From NCBI GenBank assembly GCA_024679065.1, contig JAGIQG010000003.1, positions 110,236,001 to 110,300,000 of the forward strand: a stretch of DNA of 64,000 nucleotides, given 5' to 3'. Source of the stretch: Sphyrna mokarran. Taxonomy: Eukaryota. Both the position numbers and the translations under genes were made by a program. Positions 50,259-61,253 of this stretch are shown one piece after another. The stretch's first letter is position 1; every line of letters begins with the position of its first letter. The notes beneath the pieces were generated by a model that saw only the letters and a program-made list of their open reading frames with translations, did not search any database and was not told the DNA's origin.

Positions 50259-51004
50259 ATAGAACAAATTAATCTTTAAGGTCTTATGGTTCCTGTTCAT
50301 TTTCATATCCAGTTGGAAGGGAAAAGTACTAAGAACTTGTATTAGGAACAAGTTTTGTTCTTATGTAAACTATTGATCTTAGTTTGACATTCTTAGCAGA
50401 GATAGAATGTAATTTTTGAAGGAATTTTCACCCGTCCAGCATCGAAGGGACAAAGTATTCTCTAAGAAACCATTCATTGTAAAAATGACAGTTCAAACTA
50501 GAAATCTGATTGCCCCACATTTTACTTTCATGTACTAAGTCTAATATGGTGTGCAGGAAAAGCATGTTCTCTTAGTGTCTTAACATATTCAATTGGGCTT
50601 CTCCACAACTGTACAGGGTGCATACCAAAACTATTTAAATAAAGGAATAACTTGTGTTATTAAGATTTGTTTGCTTATTGTAGGACGTTATGTGATATTG
50701 GTCTGCCTCAATACATGTGTTAAACTCACCCAGCAAGCTTGTGATGCTAATAAGCAATAAGGAATCCTTTGCCAGTGCTATTTTGAGTGATTGCGCAATA
50801 CTTAACAGTTTAGTCGCTAGTTTGTAACATCAGACTGAATGAGAGTATTTTAGTTTATTATCTGACACTGGAAAGTTTGTCCGCTGAGAAGTAGAAGGTG
50901 TTTTTGGTTCCTGTATTAATAATTAGATTGCAGTCACGGGTGATTCTTTGGAGTTGCTTTCTAAAATAGGTGGGTCATGTACATTTGTTTCCAAATAACA
51001 TAGT

Positions 51005-51460
51005 GCAGAAGGATGAAAGAGTCCCAGCCTTCAGTAATGAGGGCAGGTTGGAGAGATTGGGATTCTTCTCCATTGAGCGAAGAAAGCCAAGAGAAGATTT
51101 GATAGAAATATTCAAAATCATGATGGAACTGGACAGAGTAGATAGGGAAAAACTATTTCCACTCGTAATAGGATCAAGAAGACACAGATTTAATGTGATT
51201 TGTAAAAGAAGCAAATGTGAGGTGAAAAAAACATTTTCACATTACAATTGGTTTGGGTATGGAAGGCACTGCCTAGAAATGTGGTGGAGGCAGGTTCAAT
51301 CAAGATATTCAAGAGGGTATTAGATGTATGTATGAGTAGAACCAATATGCAAGGGTACAGGGAATCAGCAGGGGAATGGCACCAAGTTATAATGCTCATT
51401 TGGAGACCTGGTGCAGACACAATGGGCTGAATGGCCCCCTGTGCCATAAGGATTCTGTAA
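51005..51460 (+). mobile_element. CR1 3' fragment
   Basis: EGRLERLGFFSIERRKPREDLIEIFKIM plus tail. Confidence 0.8.
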
Positions 51461-52267
51461 TTCACCTGCATGGTAGACTTACCCATGGTGCAAGGTGCCA
51501 TAGATTGTATCCAAAATATTCCTCTCACTAGGTTGACATTTTTCATAAATGGACCAGCTATACTGCTGATTTATGAATATCATACAAAGAATAAAGAAAA
51601 TTACAACACAGGAACAGGCCCTTCAGCCCTCCAAGCCTGCACTGACTATGCTGCCTGACTTAACTAAAACCCCATACCCTTCTGGAGACCATATCCTTCT
51701 ATTTCCATCCTATTCATGGACTTTCAAGATGCTCTTTAAAAGTCTCTACTGTATCCACTTCCACTACCTCCCCCAGCAATAAGTTCCAGGCACCCACTAC
51801 TCTCTGTGTAAAGAAAAACATCTGCCTTGTACATCTCTTTTAAACCTTGCCCCTCACATCTCAAACCTGTGCCCCCTAGTAATTAATTCTTCCAACCTAG
51901 GAAACAGCTTCTTTCTACCCACTCTGTCCATGCCTCTCATAATCTTGTAGACTTCTATCAGGTCTCCCCTCAACCTCCTTCACTCCAGTGAGAACAAACC
52001 AAGTTTCTCCAATCTTTCCTCATAGCTAATGCCCTCTATACCAGACAACATCCTGGTGGGCATTAGCTATGAGAAGAGATTGGAGAAACTTGGGAAGGCA
52101 TGTAGGTCACTACACAATATCCTGGCAGCAGCATTCACTCATTCTGTGCCAGTCCTCTATGCCACTTTTACACAATGGGCTGAATGGTCCACTGTGCCAT
52201 AAGGATTCTGTGATTCACCTACATGGTAGACTTATCCATGGTGCAAGGTGCCATAGATTGTATCCAA
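51417..52267 (+). repeat. 98-bp direct repeat pair (51417-51514 and 52170-52267)
   Basis: Ungapped alignment by eye, 5 mismatches. Confidence 0.9.
51590..52093 (-). mobile_element. CR1 3' fragment ending in a fold-back inverted repeat
   Basis: CR1 tail at 51590; 36-bp inverted repeat 51999-52034 / 52058-52093. Confidence 0.85.
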
Positions 52268-52279
52268 TATGTTTCCCTT

Positions 52280-52505
52280 ACAGGCAAGGTTTAAAGGAGA
52301 TGTACGAGGCAGATTTTGTTATACAGAGTAATGGGTACCTGGAACTCATTGCTGAGGAAGGTAGTAAAAGTAGATTCAATAGAGACTTTTAAGGAGTATC
52401 TTAACAAGTCCATGAATAGAAGGATATGCTCTCTGGAAAGGTACAGGGTTTTAATTAAGTGAGGCAGCATGGTCGGTGCAGGCTTGGAGGGCTGAAGGGC
52501 CTGTC
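52280..52505 (+). mobile_element. CR1 3' fragment
   Basis: ggtgcaggcttggagggctgaagggcctgt tail. Confidence 0.7.
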
Positions 52506-53159
52506 CCAGCTAAGCATTAGATTACCATCTGACAACAAGGGCTATTCTCTCTAAACACGATGCAAGATTCCTGTCAGTAATCTGGTCACGTTTACAGGGG
52601 TGGCCTACAAGAACCAAGTGAGATCAGATAAGTCATCAGTGTACTCAGGCAACACATCCGCTACTGGACAGTCCCGGAGAAGCTTTGCAGTACCAGCCTC
52701 AGCTTAGTGGTCATCTGCTTCTTTCTTCATAGGTTTGCCATCATGAATGGCCAATCCAGACTCCCACTGACAAAATACAAAACGGGTATAAAACCCTGGA
52801 GAAACAAGAGAGATAGGGAGAGGCTGAAAAAAAAACAGGAGAGGGAGAAGTTTAAAAGAAACAAAATTCTGAGTAAGGGAAAAAGACAGGTACAAAACAG
52901 GAACCGATCAAGTTAAGAAAAGGAGAAAGAGGCTCCAATATTGTATGTGATGTACAAATGGTGACAAGCCTTTCGTTGTAAACTTCTTAAACTAATGAAA
53001 ATTGTATTAAATGGTGGCTTGGCATGTTTTAATAAGGTTTTAGAGATAAAAGGCTTTTGTGAGAGGGCAGATCAGTGGGAAAAGATAGGAGCTGTGCCTC
53101 AAAACTTTTTATCATATTAAGGTGTGCCACGCCATTAAAAACTGGGAACCACTGTTCTA

Positions 53160-53990
53160 GTTGGTAGCCGTCATGGGTCTGTAAGATGCTGCCTAAGAAA
53201 CATTGGTAAATTCCTGCAGTGCATCTTGTAGATGGTACAATGGTTGCCTTTGTTAATGGGTGGTGAATGTTTGTGAAGGGGACAGCAATCAAGCGAGCTG
53301 CTTTGTCCTAAATGGTGTTGAACTTCTTGAATGTTGTTGGAGCTGCACTTATCCAGACAAGTGGAGAATATTCAATTATAATCCTGACTTATACCTTGCG
53401 GATGGTGAACAGCTCTCCACAGGATTCATACCTTTAATCTGCTCTTGTAGCCACAGTATTTTTATGACTAGTCCAGTTCAGCTTCTAGTCAATGGTAACC
53501 CCCCAGGATGTTGATAGTGATGTAATGCCGTTGAATATCAAGGGATGATGGTTAGATCATCTCTTTGTGGTAAGGGTTGTTGCCTGGCACTTAATGTTAA
53601 TGTTTATTTATTAGTCACAAGTAGGCTTATATTAACACTGCAATGAAGTTACTGTGAAAATCTCCTAGTCGCCACACTCCAGTGCCTGTTCAGGTACAAT
53701 CGGAGAATTTAACATGGCCAGTGCACCTAACCAGCACATCTTTCGGACCGTGGGAAGAAACTGGAGCACTCGGAGGAAACCTACGCAGACACGGGAGAAT
53801 GTGCAAACTCCATATAGACAGTGATTGAGGCTGGGAATTGAACCCAGGTCCCTGTTATTATGAGGCAGCAGGGCTAACCACTGTGTCACCATATGCCACC
53901 CTTGTGTAGTATGAATGTCATTTGCCACTTGTTAACCCAAACCTGGATATTGTTCAGGTCTTGCTGAATTTGCAAATTGACTGCTTCAGT
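53160..53990 (-). mobile_element. Older CR1-type fragment hosting a SINE
   Basis: Reverse homolog of the 7870/33035 family; interrupted at 53598-53900. Confidence 0.6.
53598..53900 (-). mobile_element. HE1/V-SINE-type SINE
   Basis: Near-complete reverse copy of the SINE family. Confidence 0.88.
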
Positions 53991-54288
53991 CTCAAACAAT
54001 TCAATATCATTTGGGTCTCATCAATAGCAGGAATAATTATGAATCAGAATTTGGAAACTCTATAAAAGTTATGCTGTGCTACTAAATTAACCGAAGAAAG
54101 ATACATGTGAAACTATATTAAGATGGGGAGCAAGATAGAAAAACCAAGGGATGAAAATGAGAATTAATTGATTATACTCAATATTTTCATAAACCCACAG
54201 GATTTTCTGGCTACAAAAATATTGTACACAGATTTGGAGTGAAAGAGAAACATATCTTTAGGTCAGATTCTGACTTGGGACTGTCATT

Positions 54289-54416
54289 ATGAATGTGACT
54301 ACAACAGATGAAGAGTGGGCAGATGAAGAAATAATGCAGCATGTATTGGAGCAAAGTCTGCTTGATGTCAGTGTCCAGGATCTCTGCTTATCCTCTGTTG
54401 AAGCGGAGGATTTCAG
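54289..54416 (+). CDS. ASB14: ASB14 first coding exon
   Basis: MNVTTTDEEWADEEIMQHVLEQSLLDV resembles the acidic N-terminus of ASB14; donor AG|GTACAA; candidate acceptors at 54200 or 54261. Confidence 0.78.
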
Positions 54417-55709
54417 GTACAATGTAGTAATATTCTCCCAGCCTATATCAAGCCATCACACTTATTGCAGCCTTGTTTTGTAACAGATTACTCCACAATA
54501 CTGAATCAGTGCTTCTATCTTTTTCTGTACGAAAAAATACTCCCTGTAATTTATTCAGACAATAATTGACAACAACATTTGTGCTAGTGATATTGTTGTG
54601 TCTGCAAGCTATAAATAAGAAAATAATGTAATTGTGAACCTGGTTTCTCTCCTGGTGCCTCGTGAGTCGGGCACAGCTTTCGTGGTAATGAATCAAAACG
54701 TGTCTGTCTCTGGTGAGAATCGTCGTGAGCAGGGGAAAAGCATTTGGCATGATGGAAAATGTAAAATTCCCACCAGTAGGAAAATAGTTTGGCATTTAGT
54801 TCTCCTGATTTTGATTGGATGGGGAGCGGTTTAAAGAAGTTCCTGGCTATCCAAGTTGGGAATCACATTCACATTCATTTGTATCTCATAAATGATCATT
54901 AAAAGGCCAACTTTCCAAAAGTACACTCCCTCTCCAAATTAACAGACTGTCCATGAGGTGTGGCCATATTGTCCTGGGGGGTGAGGCCACACTGTCAAGG
55001 GCATTTTGAACAGATTACCCTGTGCAAGTCATGTCAACAGGCTCTGCAAGTATACACATCTTGATGCTAGTCTTGTGTAGGGTGAGACTTCTCTATTGTG
55101 CAATAGTTGTGCACAGTATGGTGTGCAGGGTGTGTTCAGTATCTAAAGAATTTGGCTTTGGGTTTGGAGGTGGGTTACAGATGATGTTGGCATAGTGACA
55201 GGCACGGGGAGGCATTTGTTTCCTGAAAAGTCATAGGGGATATTGGATCGTCTCATGGGGAAGGAGGAAATCTTAGAAAGACAGGACATCAACATTAAAG
55301 GGTTTGGGGGAAGTAGCAACACGAACAGTGATGGAGTTATGTGTAACAGGTAAGCTGGATAGTAACAAGGAGAATAGGATTAAGGAGGCAGTAAATATGG
55401 AGGCGGATGTAAGGAATTAGTAGCTGATGGTCTGAGTTTTGAAACTGATCTCACTCGAACAATAACAGTGCCACTTTCACATTCATTTAAGAATGGTGCA
55501 GTTTGAAAAACAAGCTAGAAAAATATTGGCCTGCGAGGAATCTCAGAGCAAGTTCAACACAGCAAATCTTGGTAGGTTGAAGAACCCCATACAAATGTCT
55601 TGCTTAAACCATGGAGGGCATGGCTCAGCGAAGTTCTGAACTCGAGAATCTTGCACACAATGGACAGTTTTTTACACTCCTCTCAGGCAGGGAAAGCATA
55701 TCATTGAAT

Positions 55710-56282
55710 GGGTAGGATTTCCCCAGGGGCCCTCCTGTCCAAATCAAAATGCAAATTCACGCTTGGGTGGGGAGGGCCTCAGACAGGAAACCCACTTATT
55801 AAATTATACCCTGTTGAAGCAGAGGATTTCAGACACAAGGGTCTTATCCTACCCAGCCTCAATTATTAGGCTAATGGGAGTGGGTGTGGTGAGGATGACA
55901 TTTGCATCTATTCCCATTTCGTGCTGAAGGGGGTGCACCTCACTCTGAAGGACCCTTCGAGCTGGGGTTTATTCCCCACACCCTGGAGCACCAGGACTCC
56001 TCTTACCCTGGGCTATATCCCAAAGCCATGACTGTGTCTGCCCTCCACCTCCTCTGGCATTCCCTACCCTCCCACCCACTCCCTGAATTTACCTTTTCAA
56101 AGATCCTGGTTCCAGGTAGAGCATTGCAGTACCACTTCTGACCACTGCAATGCTACACCTAGCTGAGTTGCAGAGCTGTCAGCCATTCTGACTGGATGTG
56201 GGAAGTCAATGCTCAAGTAAGTATTAAATGGCAATGGGAGTTAGAGTTGTGCTGAATGCTCACCGTCTTTAAAATTCTATCC
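55710..56282. mobile_element. Harbinger-type MITE containing a copy of the ASB14 exon end
   Basis: TIR-like GGGTAGGATTT / AAATTCTATCC, flanks AAT/AGT; 55804-55832 matches 54388-54416 at 26/29. Confidence 0.6.
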
Positions 56283-56379
56283 AGTGAAGGAGCTTGGCTC
56301 TTTTACTAATGTTTCATATTCAGATGTCAATCCATTAAGTTTTATGCTTCACTGCATTTGGTCTTAATCACCATCTGAT

Positions 56380-57010
56380 CCTTACAGGGGTATGTCAGAA
56401 CACTGCAGTCTCCAGGAATCAACGACCACATCTGCTGAATAGGCAGCATAGGTCACAGCATTCAAGGCACCATGCTTGTAGTCAGGACACAAGTGCAAGT
56501 ACTGGGTATCCATAGTTATTATAAAGTCCACTGGAGGACACTTAACATAATGTTGACTGTAGCTCCTGGACTTGGATGTTTTGACCCTAATGAAGACCCT
56601 TATTGTGAATATACATTCATGTGTGACAGGAAAGATCAGCGACTTGTCATCTTCCAGGAAGGGGTGACCTTGGTACATGATATGCAGACAAAGGGAAAAT
56701 AAGGGATGCAGAAAGCATTGCTGCCATGAATATGGAAGATGATAAATCAACAGAAACTAACATTGATTGCTCAATTGCATCCATTCACAGAAACCAGGGG
56801 GGGGTTGAGTTACAGGCTGTAGACAACTTTGACTTTTTGTGGCTTTCAGCAAATGAAGAGAAGGGCCTGTTGATGACCAGCTCAGGGAGCACCATCACCC
56901 TGAGGAACACAGGTCAGCAGCAGTCAGGAACACATAGGTGCTGATGGGAAAGGACCAAATCCATGAAGACCTTTAGTGTGCCCACGGGTCTACCAAAAAT
57001 GCTGCTCACC
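56380..57010 (+). mobile_element. Probable RTE-type LINE fragment
   Basis: ELQAVDNFDFL...GSTIT and VHDM remnants. Confidence 0.45.
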
Positions 57011-57809
57011 ATGGAGATGGACAAGCAAGAAAACCATTACTAATTTAGAACTTATTTAGAAAAAGCAATCACCTCTTTGACAATCTTTCCTAAGTCTTGT
57101 TGGGTCATAACTGCATAGGTGATGCCCATTCCCCGATACCTCATGCACATGGCTAACTTACATGTATTGTTAGCATTATGTCCACTATGGAAAGCATCAT
57201 AACGAAGTCTAAAGCAGTCCTCAACTGATGACCGCACACAAATTTACACCAGAGATCAATAAAGAGTGATCAAGAATAAGAACCTGATTGATTTTCTGTC
57301 TGTGATGAAGATACTAAGAATAGTTGAATGGCCTGGACAGCAATCCTAGTCAAGATCATCTGACCGAGCACAGAGCAGGAATTGGACTTGTTCATGAATG
57401 TGGAGCTCAGTAGCATAGTGTAAGATGTATTTTCTCACTGAAGGAGCTATGGCGCATCATTTTATATATTAGCCTTGAAAGGCCTAAAGAGGTCATATTA
57501 GGGTTTCAGCGAGCCACAGGGTTATTTCAACCTAATGTTTGGCAAGGCAACCTGTTAATATTTAAGTTTCAAATGTTGTATCTTCCTAGTGCTTGGGTAT
57601 TTGATGTATATGTAAAATTATATTGTTTTGAAATAATTAAGAAATTAAAATAATGATCAGCTCAATGTTTCAGCAGCATTGAGATTTGAACAGTTTAACC
57701 ACAGTGGTAGAAAGTAAACAACTTAAACCCAAGCATTCCCGAGTGTCTGGAACAATAGTAAATTGTTTGTAAATGTGCAATTCATATGTAATCTTGCTTT
57801 TGTGTTCAG

Positions 57810-57859
57810 GCTCTTACCAAGTAAGGAGAACAGGAAAATTGTGGAAGCAATAAAAACAG
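57810..57859 (+). CDS. ASB14: ASB14 coding exon
   Basis: TTCAG acceptor; LLPSKENRKIVEAIKT; donor GTGAAT; phases fit both neighbours. Confidence 0.8.
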
Positions 57860-58422
57860 GTGAATTAATGTGCGACTACGGATGGTTTGCTATTAATCAG
57901 AATTTTTATACAGTGCATCTAAAAGTAGAAATGTGAGTAAACATTAAGATAGCAGTATCTTTCTTTGTTGGCCTTGACTCGTCTTTTTACTGTTTCTTAT
58001 TTATTTTGGAGTTTGGTGTCTTTTGAATGCAGCAAATAAGTATTCATTTTCTTGTAATGCAGAGATAGTAAATATGAGGATCAATATTGTCCCATGTCTT
58101 TCCCTGTGATTAACAATGATATGGAAATTTTAGTTTGCTTACTAGTGCTTAAAGTTTTCCTCCAGGAATTGTTTGGCGAATTGATCACTGGGGAAGGAAA
58201 GGTGAAAGGAAACACATTCCATTGAACAAATGAGAGCACAACTACTCACTCATTCAGCTGTTCCTGCCACGTGCATTACTAGTATTTGTCTCGTGACATC
58301 CTTTGACACCTGGATATTCCAGTCATAATATGTCAAGACACAATCTGATCTTCATTTCATGTTTGATAGGTTGTCTTAATTCTTGGAATTATTTTCTTGT
58401 CTGAAGAATATTTAATTTCTAG

Positions 58423-58554
58423 GTCAAGAAGCAGATGTGCGAAAGCTGTCCATTCATCGCTTTGCATTCAATGAAGCTGATGACAGGGGTTGGCTTCCTC
58501 TACATGAAGCAGCTGTACAATTAGATCAGGCAATTCTTGGAGCCACTTTTGAAG
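58423..58554 (+). CDS. ASB14: ASB14 coding exon (ankyrin repeat)
   Basis: GQEADVRKLSIHRFAFNEADDRGWLPLHEAAVQLDQAILGATFE; TAG acceptor, GT donor. Confidence 0.88.
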
Positions 58555-58990
58555 GTGACCATGTCAACATTCATATCATTTGTTTGTCTGAAATAAACCG
58601 TGAAGACATTTATCCTGACTGATCAAATACCCATTCAGATGTGCTGTACTGTTTAATTCCCGTTGTTTCCTACAGCAATAGAAAAGCCAATCGATCAACT
58701 CATGATGGACAAAGGGTTCTATCCCCTTGATATCCATGAATGATAATTGATAGGCAATTTGACAGAATCTGCAGTCTAATTCAATCCTGCATTTACCCAA
58801 TGTTTCTGCATCACTCACCAGGCAAAGTCTTGTTGATTTTTATATCCTCCGAGCAAGAAGACTTGCACTACTTACATTCATGCAAACTCATCAATCACAA
58901 TCACCAGATTACCAAACAATACAGTAGGTTCTTTTATTTGAAAACTATGACACAAGTTACATGAGAATTCAACAGGTGTAGAGATTCAGT

Positions 58991-59012
58991 ACACACACAC
59001 ACACACACACAC
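58991..59012. repeat. (AC)11 microsatellite
   Basis: Direct reading. Confidence 0.95.
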
Positions 59013-59431
59013 AGCAGATCATCCTGATTCCATGATGACATGTGTACAATACTTACATAATCCCATAAAGTGGTTTCATAACAGAGACTATTTGTAATAC
59101 TGTAATTACTGTCTCCACAAATGCAACATAGACAATTGGATCTCTCTGTCTCTGTGGACTTCGTACAACACCATGTGGTACATTTGTACTCAAAAAATAA
59201 ACTGGAGAATTCAACTTTGAATGCTCACCCAATAAATTAAATGTGGACCATTCTTACCTAAGCTTAACCTAGTATGTTAAGTAGCTCAGTTAGCTTCACT
59301 TTAATTGTCAGTAATTACTAAAAAGCTATCAAATATTGTACAGTCAATTCCTTTTTGCAGTTGGATTAAGGTTTCTGTTAAGTAGCTTCATTTCATAGGA
59401 AGACAAATGGCAAAGAAGTTGCCTTATATAA

Positions 59432-60240
59432 AGCCAAAAATAATTCAGGTGCTGGAAATTTGAAATAAAACTGCTGGAAATTGCTCAGCTGGTCTGGCAG
59501 CAACTGTAGAGAGAGAAAGACAGAGTTAATATTTCAGATCAATAACCAATCTCATCAGAACCGGAAAGAGCTAGATTTGCAATGGGTTTTAAATGAGTAC
59601 ATCAGCAGAAAGACTTATAGAGGAGGAAGAATGATGGCAAATATTTGTAACAGAATGGAATGAAAGGGATTAAGGTGCAAGCATAAGGAATAGTAATGGG
59701 GCAAGTAAGGAAACACTAGATTCTTCTAGAATAAGGTATAAATGGAAAGAGCAAGATTCTTACCAATAATAACTACTACCTGAAATAAAATGGGAGTGGT
59801 GGTTTTGATCTGATATTGGTGAACCTAATGCTGAGTCTGCAAGGCTGTCAAGTATCTAATCAAAAGATGAGCTGTTGTTGCTTAAATATATTTGAGGCCA
59901 AGGATAGAGAGATCAGACTAAGAGTGGGACAAAAAAGTAAGATAACAGGCAACACAAAGTCATTGACAGGCAGATGAAAAGGAGTTGTTCCGCAAAGTGA
60001 TCACCAATCTGAATGTGCCTTTCAAATGTAGAGGGGACTATGCTGTAAATGATAAACATGGTGTGCTAAATTACAAATAAATTCAAGTAGAAGCACTGTT
60101 TCATCTGAAAGAACATGATGCTATTTGGGATCCTTCTGTGAAGTGAGAAGGAATGAGGTTTAAAATATGTCTTTGCAGATAGCATCATGCTGGAGGTGAC
60201 CAAAATGGCAGAGGATGATTTGTGGAATTCAAACACCAAA
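59432..60240 (-). mobile_element. Penelope-like element fragment, old
   Basis: Same terminal sequence as 38095 (tgctggaaat.tgaaataaaa...ctcagc.ggtctggcagca) and internal gtagcatc/gcagaggatgat homology. Confidence 0.65.
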
Positions 60241-60950
60241 CATACCTCCTCCTTCCCTCACCTTTCACCATTCCAGGTGGAACTATTCCCTCTGCAATAC
60301 TCTTATCCACTCTTCTATCACCACCATTCTTCTCTCTTCCTTCCTCTGGTAACTTCACATGCAAGCATCAGAAATGCAATCCCCAGAAACCCTTCTCTTC
60401 CCAGCTTTCCTTGCAATTAATATAAGTCAATAAAAGCCCCACATGGAATGACCTCCACCATTCACAATCACAGACTGAGTTTCCAAGAAGTTGCTGTGAG
60501 ATGTTACGGAGTTTGAGACTGTTATTCTGTTTTGTTGTGAACAATTTGAACAATTCATGCAATGCATTTGTCAGCTATGCTGCAATTAGGCCTTGTTTTT
60601 TTTTTGCTGCAAATATTTTGTTGTTAAATAACTTTCAATATTGTAATAAATTGTCAATTTCATATTAAGTTTTCATGTGGAGCTTGAAACTATAATGTTT
60701 TAACTAGAGATAAAAGCCCTATCAACTGCATCATACCAATTTCAGTTGATGCAATTGTTACTAATTGTGGAATGTAAACATGAAAACCTGTACACAGCAG
60801 TAAGTTAAAAAATACGTTTAGATTCAGAAAAGTCAGTCTGCTTTCAGAAAGTAAAGTCCAGCCATGAACATGAAAACATACCAGAGGAAGGCAAGCTTCA
60901 CAATGGGAACAAGCAAAACCAGAAGTTTGCATCTGATGGCACTTTCTTTA

Positions 60951-61253
60951 TCATAGAATGCCTACAGTGCAGAAGGAAACCTTTGAGCCCATCAAATCCA
61001 AATCAATTCTCCAACAGAGCAACCCAACAAGGCCCTGTCCCTGCAACCACATATTTACCCTGCTAATACCCCTAACCTGCACAATTTGAGATACTAAGAG
61101 GCAACTTAGCATTGACAGTCCACCTAACTTGCACATCTTTGGAGGAAACTGGAGCACCTGAAGGAAATCCATGCAGACACAGGGAGAACATGCAAACTCC
61201 ACACAGAACCTGAGTCCGTGGAGCTGTGAGGCAGCAGTGCTAACCACTGTGTC
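60951..61253 (-). mobile_element. HE1-type SINE variant with CR1-like tail
   Basis: V-SINE core plus a catagaatgcctacagtgcagaagg tail. Confidence 0.8.

Noticed and set aside
55804-55834. Functional alternative ASB14 exon at the duplicated exon end
   Set aside because: The donor GT is replaced by AC, only about 29 nt are copied, and there is no acceptor or ATG context.
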